The notes under the pieces are model-generated. The model saw only the letters and a program-made list of their open reading frames with translations, was not told where the DNA came from and did no database searches. Shown here piece after piece: positions 1 to 8,930 of a stretch of DNA of 32,000 nucleotides (positions are counted from its first letter, which is position 1; each line of letters begins with the position of its first letter). The translations under genes were made by a program, and so were the position numbers. The stretch comes from Candidatus Saccharimonadota bacterium (GTDB lineage: Archaea; Micrarchaeota; Micrarchaeia; Micrarchaeales; Micrarchaeaceae): assembly GCA_021654395.1 (NCBI GenBank), contig AP024486.1:600001-632000 (forward strand). The letters are read 5' to 3'.

Positions 1-330
1 TATGGCATGGAAAATTCGTTTCTTGTTCCGAACTCACAGCTTCTAATTGAGTCTCTAGCAGGAATAAACACCACTTATGGAAACATGACATTATTCGTCT
101 TCAAGTATACAACTCCAAATTCCACGTTTGCAGAGTCTATATTTAACTCGATTAAATCTAATTTTAGCGAAGGTTCTCCTCCCACTACAATTAATGGATA
201 TAATGTCTATACCACTCACATCGGCTTTGTAATAGGAATAAAAGGCAATCAAATAGTTCTGGTAGCAGAATCAAGCGACTTCTTATTTCCAAATTCCGCA
301 TTGCAAAAACTATTTGCCTATGCTACATAA
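1..330 (+). CDS. Hypothetical protein, probably the C-terminal part of an ORF that starts upstream of the window
   Basis: The reading frame is open from base 1 (tat ggc atg...), so the ATG at 7 may be internal. Stop is TAA at 328-330, followed by an oligo-T tract. No recognisable motif. Confidence 0.4.
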   Translation, partial: YGMENSFLVPNSQLLIESLAGINTTYGNMTLFVFKYTTPNSTFAESIFNSIKSNFSEGSPPTTINGYNVYTTHIGFVIGIKGNQIVLVAESSDFLFPNSALQKLFAYAT

Positions 331-335
331 ACTAG

Positions 336-350
336 TTTTCTTTTTTTCTT
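336..350 (+). terminator. Oligo-T tract after the first ORF, possibly an archaeal-type terminator
   Basis: The sequence ttttctttttttctt lies directly after the TAA stop. Confidence 0.3.
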
Positions 351-934
351 GAATTCGTTTCTCTAATCTCAATCATTTTTTCTTGGTTCTCTATATTTTT
401 CTACTTACCAAAGTAGTGTATTTAGTAAAACATTTAGCTTAACAGTTTCTTGGCATTGCTCGCTAAGGTAGCGGTTTTTATAATCTATGTTAGCTCCAGA
501 ACTATTAAGTATATCTTAATAATGATAGTTGCATTAGAATTATTTATTTCGGCCATTTACTAAGTATTAGTATATTATCTTCTCTTGAAATTTCAAACAA
601 TCTAGAAAGGAATTTGTTTTCATGATAGCTTATTCCAATATTCATTGCTATTTTTCTAATAAGATAGCACATATATTTTGAGTATTTTTTCTAGATCTTT
701 TATACTGTTACATTCCAAAACTTGAAAATCCAAGGAAGAATTTAGAGACATGCTACTTTTTCATTTGAATTTGACTACTTTCCCTTCTGAAAAAATTTGT
801 TGTTAATAAGATTGCTTAAAGTAGTGCATCTTTTGCATTTTAAGATAGATAATTTTTATTTTGTTAAGTATCAAACTAATAACATCTAAACAATGATAGC
901 TGAATATTAATAATAATTTAGAAATTGCTTATAC

Positions 935-2719
935 TTACTTAATATGCTTTATTTGTTTTCTCCTATTTCTTCTTGTTCTTCTATGTTTTTCTCTTTCTTT
1001 AATTCTTCCAGTCTCTCTTTCGTATGCTTCAAATATTGAATCTATTGTTAAAATTCCTTGTAATTTATTGTTTTCTACTACTGGTATCCATCTTGATTTA
1101 TTTCTTCCAAGTACTTCTAATGCATGTTCTAGTGAAGATGAGTAGGATACATAAGGAGAACCTAATGTTACATATTTAGATATTTTATCTGATCTTTTTT
1201 TGTTTTCTATATCTCTTAGATAAAGAATGCCAATGAAGCTATTATTTGAATCTATTACTGGTAAACTTGCTAGGTTATTTTCGCTCATTAATTTGATTGC
1301 TTCTTCTAATGTATTGTTTATGAAGATTTTTATATTATCTATTTTACAATCTTTAACCTTTAATTTTTCCATTATTGGTACTTCATACTCTACTTTATCT
1401 GCTGGAGAATCTTTTCTGGTAGGATATTGTGATGGATATAATGAATATCTTCCTGTTATCACATATGCTATTACTACTGCTATCATTTCTCCAGGTAGTA
1501 ATTGTAGTGACGCTGTCATCTCTGTTACTATAATTATAACTGAAACTGGTGTTTTTGCCGGTGCTCCAAACATTGTGAGTAATCCTATTATAACAAATGG
1601 GGCTACTGTTGGTATTATAGCAGGGAAAAGAATATGAAATATTTCTCCATAAGATGCTCCTATTAATGCTCCTATCTCAAAAGCTGGAGCTTCTATTCCT
1701 CCACTACCACCTGAGCCTATAGTTAATGAAGATGAAATCATTTTTACTATTGCTAATAAAAAAAGAAATAGAATTAATGGTATTCCAAAAGTGTTTATTA
1801 CACTGAAATTTCCTTTATAAAGTATATAATCCCAACCATATCCTGTTCCGATTATTTCTGGAAGTATTATCATAGGAATTCCTGCTAATAGACCACCTAT
1901 AGCTGGTTTTACAAAGTTCGGTAATTTAGTTTTCTTGAAGAGTGTGGTAATAGAGGAGTATATTTTTACAAATACTATGGATAGTATACCTATTACTATG
2001 CCAAATAGCGCGTAAAACGGTAATTGCAGTGGAGAAAATGTGTAAGTGTATACTCCTAAAAATGGTTCAAAGCCTGCATAAAATCCATAAATTGAGTACG
2101 CAATAGCTGATGCGATTATTGAAGGCAAGATTACTTCTGGCTCAAAATCTCTTCTATATAATATTTCAGCTGAGAGTAATGCTCCGCCTATTGGTGCTTT
2201 AAATATTGCAGCAACTCCACTACCTATGCCTATTGCTATTGCTTTTCTTATGTCTTCTGGAGATAAGTGGAGTATTTCAGTTAAAAATGACGCTACAGAT
2301 GCACCTATTAAACCCATAGGTCCTAGGTCTCCTGCACTTCCTCCACTACCTAAAATAATTGTAGAAGAAATCAAATCAATTATAGAGACTCGCTTTCTTA
2401 TCTTTCCAATATTATGATATGCATAGACTGCGTAGTCAATTCCTCCTCCTGCTGCTTCTGGAGCTAATGTGTAAACTATTATACCTGCTATTAGCCCTCC
2501 TAGTCCTACTACTAAAGGTATAAAAAGATTATATGTATAAGAGAATTCTGGATTAAAAGGCTGAGGCAAGCTTATATGAAGAATATAAGTGAGAAAAAGA
2601 GACTTAAAAACTTCATATATGAAAGTAAATAATATGGCAAAAATTCCTATTCCTACACCTATGATAAATCCAAGAATTATCCACTTCTCAAAGTATGGTA
2701 AAGATCTCAATCTATACAT
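935..2719 (-). CDS. ClC-family voltage-gated chloride channel / H+-Cl- antiporter with a C-terminal CBS domain pair
   Basis: 594 aa with about 10-11 hydrophobic helices. Gly-rich selectivity-filter-like motifs GSGGSAGDLGPMG and GSGGSGGIEAPAFEIG. The C-terminal 150 aa has two CBS-like repeats (LASLPVIDSNNSFIGILYLRDI and RWIPVVENNKLQGILTIDSIFEA). Confidence 0.9.
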   Translation of the reverse strand: MYRLRSLPYFEKWIILGFIIGVGIGIFAILFTFIYEVFKSLFLTYILHISLPQPFNPEFSYTYNLFIPLVVGLGGLIAGIIVYTLAPEAAGGGIDYAVYAYHNIGKIRKRVSIIDLISSTIILGSGGSAGDLGPMGLIGASVASFLTEILHLSPEDIRKAIAIGIGSGVAAIFKAPIGGALLSAEILYRRDFEPEVILPSIIASAIAYSIYGFYAGFEPFLGVYTYTFSPLQLPFYALFGIVIGILSIVFVKIYSSITTLFKKTKLPNFVKPAIGGLLAGIPMIILPEIIGTGYGWDYILYKGNFSVINTFGIPLILFLFLLAIVKMISSSLTIGSGGSGGIEAPAFEIGALIGASYGEIFHILFPAIIPTVAPFVIIGLLTMFGAPAKTPVSVIIIVTEMTASLQLLPGEMIAVVIAYVITGRYSLYPSQYPTRKDSPADKVEYEVPIMEKLKVKDCKIDNIKIFINNTLEEAIKLMSENNLASLPVIDSNNSFIGILYLRDIENKKRSDKISKYVTLGSPYVSYSSSLEHALEVLGRNKSRWIPVVENNKLQGILTIDSIFEAYERETGRIKEREKHRRTRRNRRKQIKHIK

Positions 2720-2867
2720 TTGAATAAGATATTTGATTTGTAATTTTTTTAAGTTTTCACTTTTAAACAGTATAGTTTTTGTGTATTATTACTAATATTG
2801 TTAGTATTCTATTATTACTTTGTGTATACTTCTAAATCTAGTTTAGAACATTGTTTTTCATGAATAC

Positions 2868-2897
2868 GTTTACATCCATCTCTGTATGATTTTATAC
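2868..2897. CRISPR. Orphan degenerate CRISPR repeat, 29/30 identical to the repeat of the array at 7242-8338
   Basis: gtttacatccatctctgtatgattttaTac versus the consensus ...tttagac, a single G>T at 2895. It lies 4.3 kb from the main array and 150 bp upstream of the ClC start. Confidence 0.85.
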
Positions 2898-3005
2898 ATT
2901 CATTCAGGAACCTATTAAGCCAATACATAAGTTTAAACAGATAACGGTTAACTGTTTTATTTTATTTAAGTTAACTAAAAACTTTTAACCTTTTATATAC
3001 AATAA

Positions 3006-3762
3006 TTATTAATTATAATTTCAGTAGCAAACCAGAATGGTGGTTGTAGAAAAACAACTACTGTAGCTAATTTGGGAGCAGTATTAGGTAAAAAATTTAA
3101 GGTATTATTAATAGATACAGACCCGCAGGGAAATTTAACAACATATTTTGGAATTGACAAGAAGAGTGAATATAAAACTATTTATGATGTATTTATCAAT
3201 GGTAATATAGAGGATTCTATAATAAAAAAGGCAATGTAAATATAATACCAAGCACAATAGATTTGGCAGGAGCAGAGATAGAATTAAACGGAAAAATGGG
3301 CAGGGAATACATATTAAAAAAAGAAATTAACAGAATATCTAAAAATTATGATTTTATTATTATTGATACCCCACCAAGTTTAGGTATTTTTTTACAATAA
3401 ATTCATTGGTAGCCTCAGATTATATTATTATACCGGTTCAATCAGAGTCTTTTGCTTTAGAGGGAATGGCACAATTATTAAAGGTAATAAGTTTAGTAAA
3501 ATCAAGATTATCTAATAAACTAAAAGTATTGGGAATATTGTTAACGATGTATAATTCAAATACAAGGTCTTCAAAGGAAGTTTTAAAAGAAGTCAAAAGT
3601 TATTATAAAAAAGAGATTTTTAAAACGATAATACCAAGAAATGTAGCTATTACTGATTCTACTATGGCAGGTTTACCCGTTGTTAATTATAAGAAAGGAG
3701 CTTCAGCTTCAAAATCTTATATTGAATTATCAAAGGAGATTATTAGAAGATTAAAGGTGTAA
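3006..3762 (+). pseudogene. parA: Decayed ParA/Soj-family partition ATPase with two frameshifts, a degenerate Walker A and no canonical start
   Basis: Three frames together read IISVANQNGGCRKTTTVANLGAVLGKKFKVLLIDTDPQGNLT / NVNIIPSTIDLAGAEIEL...YDFIIIDTPPSLGIF / SLVASDYIIIPVQSESFALEGMAQLL...ILLTMYNSNTR...IPRNVAITDSTMAGLPV. The frame changes fall in an A-run (3224-3229) and a T7 run (3385-3391). The deviant Walker A KGGxGKT reads NGGCRKT. A TAA at 3003-3005 precedes the first recognisable codon and no ATG/GTG/TTG follows it. Confidence 0.8.
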
Positions 3763-3764
3763 AA

Positions 3765-4025
3765 ATGGAAAACAAAAAAAGAGGTTTAGACAGTTTAATA
3801 TCGGAAAATTTAGTAGATAATGATGACAAAAAGAAGTATACAAAAACCATTGGTTTTAAAGTAAGTGAAAGGCAGTATGAAACTTATAAAAGATATTCTA
3901 AATATTTTGGAAATAATAATTTATTAAACAAATGGAGAACTGATATTGATAATATTAAAAAGGAAAAAGGCAAAGACTTAGAAAGCATTGAAAATGAAAT
4001 TATTAAAAGATTAAATAAAAATTGA
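3765..4025 (+). CDS. Small ParA partner candidate (ParB N-terminal-peptide-like / ParG-type RHH centromere-binding protein)
   Basis: 86 aa starting 2 nt after the parA remnant, with AAGGTG 8 nt upstream. The N-terminus KKRGLDSLISENL resembles the RGLGxGLdaLi peptide at ParB N-termini. KTIGFKVSERQYETYKRYSKYF has a strand-helix pattern compatible with RHH. Confidence 0.35.
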   Translation: MENKKRGLDSLISENLVDNDDKKKYTKTIGFKVSERQYETYKRYSKYFGNNNLLNKWRTDIDNIKKEKGKDLESIENEIIKRLNKN

Positions 4026-4065
4026 CTAAGACAAAAAGTTTAAATATTAAAATGTTTATATATGT

Positions 4066-4254
4066 GTGATATTTATGACAGACAATCAAAAATTAGGAAT
4101 ACATGCTTTAATGATTCCAGTAGAGATAAAATTACATGAGGAAGTAGATAATTATTTAATCTCAAGAGGTGCTGATAACACAGACAGGGCTATTGTTCAT
4201 GGATTAATGTTTTTAGGAGAAGTATTGTTCCATATAGGATTGGAGACTTCTTAA
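4066..4254 (+). CDS. Hypothetical small protein
   Basis: 62-aa ORF in the same orientation as its neighbours. No motif recognised. Confidence 0.25.
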   Translation: MIFMTDNQKLGIHALMIPVEIKLHEEVDNYLISRGADNTDRAIVHGLMFLGEVLFHIGLETS

Positions 4255-4483
4255 TTTTGTTATTAAACTTGTAATTTAATAACGTATCTGTTTTTTAAAT
4301 ATTATGATTTGTTTTTTTGACTCTCTCTCATGTTCTCTCGAAGAGCCTTACGTATTTTACTCATTCGATACGTTTAATAATTTTACTTATAAAATATATT
4401 ATACAATAGAAGCACAAAGTTTGTTATCTGATGAAAGTATTGTAAAAAGAAAAATAAATAAAAGATTATAATATGGTGCAAAT

Positions 4484-6967
4484 ATGAACGAGGCTACCAA
4501 TGAAAATAAAGAATATGATAGAAAATTAATCCTTTTAGAGAATGATTCAGAGCCATCAATACATAAATTAAAAACAATTTTACAAAGTCCATTAGGATTG
4601 GCACAAGAAATTGCTATTAAATGTTTTCAAACAGAGGATAATAAAGGTTTATTATCATATAAAGATGATTTAGATATATTAAAACGGTTAGGGGCAGGTT
4701 TAGAAAGTGCTATGAATAAAAGTGAATACCCAATCGCAAATTATTCCTCTTATATTTTTGCTTTTCAACAATTTATACATAGCTCATATAGGGCACGGCA
4801 AGGAAATTTCGCAGAGAGTGTAATAAGAGCTATTTTAACTGAAGCAAAAAATGTAAAAGTTTATACAAAAAAAGAACATTCGACTATATCGGAAATTGCA
4901 TTAGGCCAAAAACTTGATAATAAACATGATTTAGATGTTATAGCAAGCAGACAAGATGAGTATCTATTTGTGCAAATAAGATCCAGAGATGATACAGGGG
5001 GAACAACAGCAAAAGGTTCATTAGCTGAATTTTTAAGAGATGTGATTAGAGCTCAGATTATTCCTAAACATTCGATAAGGTATGTTATATTTATATGGGT
5101 AGAACTTCAAGCCGCTCAGAAAGTGTCATTAATAAAAAGGATTTCTAATCAATTGTCTGGTTTTTCATCAATCAGTTCAGATGAAATAGAAAAGAAATTA
5201 TTAATGCAAAAAAAAGTTGAATTATTAAAAAACCTGACATTAGAAGTATGCTATGGTTTTAAAGCGTTTTCAGATATTTTAGGTGAATTTTCTGGTAGTG
5301 ATTCTATTGTAGAAATTTCTAATAGGGTTTTTGCAACATTACAGGATTGGGACGACCTTTGGCTTACATATGCATTATCGACAATAGAATTACAGAATTT
5401 AATCATTAAAAAAATTAATAATTTTAAAATTCTTGAAGAGAAATTACACCAACATAATATTGTCTTAAATGAATCGGATCTATCTAACTACAAGAAAAGA
5501 AGTATAGAAATCGCTCATTTATTATTAGAAGATTGGAAAGAAGATACATTACCTGTCAGAAGTCCAAGAGACCAACTATGGTACATTAGAGATTTAATAT
5601 TAGTAAAAATGCTCTCATACCACAATTATAAAAATAATAAAAATGAGAAAATTAAACCAGATAATTCAATAGGAAAAGAAGGTCAGAATTTAGATTTACG
5701 AAACAATAAAGATTATCCAAATCAATTTAAAGTGTCTTTTAGAAACTTATTTAAATCTAGTATACACTCAACAACTTATGCATCCCATGGAATGTATTAT
5801 TATCCCGCTAAATTTATACCTCAAGTAGTTAGATGGGCTATTGAAAGATATACCAAAGAAGGAGACAATATTTTAGATCCATTTGCAGGTTCTGGCACCG
5901 TAGGAGTTGAAGCATTAATTACTAATAGAAATGCTACATGTATTGATTTAAGTCCTATGTTAAAATATCTGTTAGAAGGAAAAACTTATAGAAATGCTTC
6001 TTTAGAAGATTTATTAAATAAAGCTAGGAAAATAATAGAAAATACAAATATTGAATACTTACCTAAATGGTCAAAAATTGAGTATTGGTATCCCAATGAA
6101 ATATATAGTGTTCTTTTAAAAATGTGGAGTGGATACCAAAATTATAAAAATCCTCTTATTTTATTGGCGTTATTAAAGACCTCTAAAAAATTTTCTTATG
6201 CGGATAATGAAGTACCAAAATTGTTTAGATCCAAGAAAAAAATAGAAGAAATTTCTAAATTATTAAAAACGGATTTTGTTAGGACCATACATAACTATTT
6301 TTTAAAAACAGTAGAAGATATGTATAATTATTCTAATGAATTCAACAAACTGTATAAAGGGGGAAAATTAAATATTTTAGATTCAACAGATATGTTAAAT
6401 TATAATTTACAGGAAAAATACGATCTCTTAATAACATCCCCGCCATACGGTCAAGCACATGAATATATTAGAAGTATTAAATTAGAACTTGGGTGGTTAG
6501 GTTATTCTGATGAAGAAATCAGAGAATTAAGTAAGCATGAAATACCATACAATAATGCGGTACCAGATATAACAATAAAATCTGAAACCTATAACCAGTA
6601 TATAAAGAAGATAGATGGAAAAACTAAAAATTATGCTATAACCTATTTTAAATCAATACTTTATATTTTAGATAAATGCATGAACGCTTTAAAACCCTCA
6701 GGAGTTGCTGCTATTTTTGTCGGGAATGCAACATTTTCAGGTATAGAATTTCCATTCTATCAGATATTTAGGGAACATTTTGAAAGTAACGGTTTTCAAT
6801 TTGAGCTATTATTGGAAGATAGAATTGTGGGCAGAAGATTGTTTAAGGGCCGTAAAAATTTATCACCTGCAGGGATTAAATCAGAATATATGTTAGTAAT
6901 GAGAAAAACTTTGTTTAAGCAAGAAATACAAAATTTAACTTTATATGGAACAAAAAAATTGTTTTAA
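4484..6967 (+). CDS. Single-chain fusion of a PD-(D/E)xK (Mrr-like) nuclease-like domain and an N6A/N4C DNA methyltransferase; type IIG/IIC-like RM candidate
   Basis: 827 aa. The N-terminal pattern GNFAESVIRAIL...HDLDVIAS...YLFVQIRSR matches the G-x-x-F-E ... D-x-D ... Q-x-K layout of Mrr-type nucleases, with R in place of K. The C-terminal half carries HGMYYYPAKFIPQVVRWAIERYTKEGDNILDPFAGSGTVGVEAL (AdoMet motif I, DPFxGSGT) and, about 180 aa later, DLLITSPPYG (catalytic motif IV, SPPY). Confidence 0.8.
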   Translation: MNEATNENKEYDRKLILLENDSEPSIHKLKTILQSPLGLAQEIAIKCFQTEDNKGLLSYKDDLDILKRLGAGLESAMNKSEYPIANYSSYIFAFQQFIHSSYRARQGNFAESVIRAILTEAKNVKVYTKKEHSTISEIALGQKLDNKHDLDVIASRQDEYLFVQIRSRDDTGGTTAKGSLAEFLRDVIRAQIIPKHSIRYVIFIWVELQAAQKVSLIKRISNQLSGFSSISSDEIEKKLLMQKKVELLKNLTLEVCYGFKAFSDILGEFSGSDSIVEISNRVFATLQDWDDLWLTYALSTIELQNLIIKKINNFKILEEKLHQHNIVLNESDLSNYKKRSIEIAHLLLEDWKEDTLPVRSPRDQLWYIRDLILVKMLSYHNYKNNKNEKIKPDNSIGKEGQNLDLRNNKDYPNQFKVSFRNLFKSSIHSTTYASHGMYYYPAKFIPQVVRWAIERYTKEGDNILDPFAGSGTVGVEALITNRNATCIDLSPMLKYLLEGKTYRNASLEDLLNKARKIIENTNIEYLPKWSKIEYWYPNEIYSVLLKMWSGYQNYKNPLILLALLKTSKKFSYADNEVPKLFRSKKKIEEISKLLKTDFVRTIHNYFLKTVEDMYNYSNEFNKLYKGGKLNILDSTDMLNYNLQEKYDLLITSPPYGQAHEYIRSIKLELGWLGYSDEEIRELSKHEIPYNNAVPDITIKSETYNQYIKKIDGKTKNYAITYFKSILYILDKCMNALKPSGVAAIFVGNATFSGIEFPFYQIFREHFESNGFQFELLLEDRIVGRRLFKGRKNLSPAGIKSEYMLVMRKTLFKQEIQNLTLYGTKKLF

Positions 6968-7241
6968 TGTTATATAGAAGTTTAACCTTCCGGTATCTAT
7001 TGAAAAATGAACTGCCAAATTATATCATCACTAATATCCACTATACAAAGATCTGCTGGATATAATAATAAGGAGGAAAAAGTTTTATGTGGAAGATCTT
7101 ATAATGCCTTTGTTCTTTTGCAAGAATATCCGCCATATATTTTCAATATAAGTATATAACTCTTTATATTTTAAGCTTCGGCTCAAATTCACCCCGACTT
7201 CGCTACGCTCAGCCACCCCTCTTTGAGCCTTCGCTAATTAA

Positions 7242-8338
7242 GTTTACATCCATCTCTGTATGATTTTAGACGTATTATGCAATCAGAGAGTTAAAGAAGC
7301 AATAGATAGTTTACATCCATCTCTGTATGATTTTAGACGTATATATTTCTTAAGCATATCAATATACTCAGGCTCTAGTTTACATCCATCTCTGTATGAT
7401 TTTAGACTGTATTCTAAATGGCTTTCTATGTATTCATAGAAATCGTTTACATCCATCTCTGTATGATTTTAGACCTTCTTCTTTTATGCTTTCTGCTTCT
7501 TTGCTCTCTGGTTTACATCCATCTCTGTATGATTTTAGACCTTCTTCTTTTATGCTTTCTGCTTCTTTGCTCTCTGGTTTACATCCATCTCTGTATGATT
7601 TTAGACTAATTAAAGCAATTCTATTCGTGTAAGAGTCTAGCGTTTACATCCATCTCTGTATGATTTTAGACCGAGAGCAATCCTGTTTGTATAGCTGTCT
7701 AACATAAGTTTACATCCATCTCTGTATGATTTTAGACTAGCATCAAAGAATGTTAAAAGATTTCTTAAAAAGTAGTTTACATCCATCTCTGTATGATTTT
7801 AGACCAGATAAGATAAGACAGTATAAACGCCAATATTCTAGTTTACATCCATCTCTGTATGATTTTAGACTAGTGGTATCATATGTATACATACATGCCA
7901 ATGTAGTTTACATCCATCTCTGTATGATTTTAGACCAAAAGATACATGAGCAAAACCTAAATGATATGGAAGTTTACATCCATCTCTGTATGATTTTAGA
8001 CCTGAAACATTTAGTTTTACTCAAAGTTAATATTAAGTGGGTTTACATCCATCTCTGTATGATTTTAGACTAACTTACGAAATAACAAAAACAAATAAAA
8101 GTTTTTATGAGTTTACATCCATCTCTGTATGATTTTAGACGATAATAACAATGCTAATTCTAATGCTAAGTTTAAAGTTTACATCCATCTCTGTATGATT
8201 TTAGACCTACCAGTACTGCAATTTAAGGCATTTGCTAGATATGTTTACATCCATCTCTGTATGATTTTAGACCAAACTACCATAACACAAACTTACGAAC
8301 CGCAATTAGTTTACATCCATCTCTGTATGATTTTAGAC
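7242..8338. CRISPR. CRISPR array of 17 identical 30-nt repeats and 16 spacers of 35-40 nt
   Basis: The repeat GTTTACATCCATCTCTGTATGATTTTAGAC starts at 7242, 7309, 7378, 7445, 7511, 7577, 7642, 7708, 7775, 7841, 7906, 7972, 8041, 8111, 8177, 8243 and 8309. Spacers 4 (7475-7510) and 5 (7541-7576) are identical. Transcription is probably on the minus strand (see findings). Confidence 0.97.
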
Positions 8339-8930
8339 CCAGCCGCAGCTTCGAATACATTTTTGTAAAACATAATAAAAAATTGCTACAAACCTACTTT
8401 TGTGCAAAGATCCTTATATTATTAATATTTTCATAATATCTAAATACCTTTCGTTTTACTCTATTTCTACTAGATCCTGCATGAAAGCTAATGTAATAAG
8501 TGATATACTATAAATTATAATATTATAATACCTCATTGTATTTGTATTTTTTTATATTAAATAAATCTCTTTAATAAGAATACAAGTTTCGAGAGTGATA
8601 CCTAGCTAATGTAATCTATAAGATATAATCTAATATTATTAATGGATAGAAAGAATATATATAATTAAAAATCTTAAGCAAGTTTTACTAATAAAAGTAA
8701 AGCAGGTCTTATATTAAATTAAAAGAGGCGATTAAGTTAAATTTTTTATATTTATTTTGTATTTTGAATAGAGCAAATCGAATTAAATTAAAATAGAAAT
8801 AGATCTGGCTATCTTGAGACAATAAATTAATCTGTTTTTGCTATCTTTAATTTAGTATTCTTTACGTTATAATAAGCTTTATAAAAATTATATCATAAAT
8901 TATATTTAAATTTATAATATGTGCTAATCT
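8339..8930 (-). promoter_or_regulatory. Putative CRISPR leader, if the array is read on the minus strand
   Basis: About 590 bp of very AT-rich sequence with no ORF abuts the repeat end that would be leader-proximal. The only degenerate repeat (2868) lies at the opposite end. Confidence 0.3.

Noticed and set aside
1227-2417. Plus-strand ORFs 1227..1637 and 2226..2417 inside the ClC gene
   Set aside because: They are antisense shadow ORFs within a well-supported minus-strand gene, and they have low-complexity, non-protein-like composition.
2936-7238. Terminal inverted repeats or an integrase/transposase defining the inserted cassette as a classical IS or transposon
   Set aside because: The two ends share no inverted repeat that I can see, and no recombinase-like ORF is present. 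The insertion hypothesis rests only on the split repeat and the 8-bp direct repeat.
7171-7241. A tRNA gene or tRNA 3' fragment serving as an integration site
   Set aside because: I could not fold it into a cloverleaf or find a GTTCRAATC-type T-loop on either strand. I kept it only as an unexplained structured GC island.
7272-8308. Self-targeting spacers matching elsewhere in the window
   Set aside because: I found no match by eye. A manual scan of 32 kb is not reliable, so I make no claim and this needs a computed search.
7396-8368. ORF-track entries 7396..7632, 7418..7609, 7750..8073 and 8129..8368
   Set aside because: They are translations of the CRISPR repeats. The peptides VYIHLCMILD and LHPSLYDFR recur at every repeat, so these are not genes.
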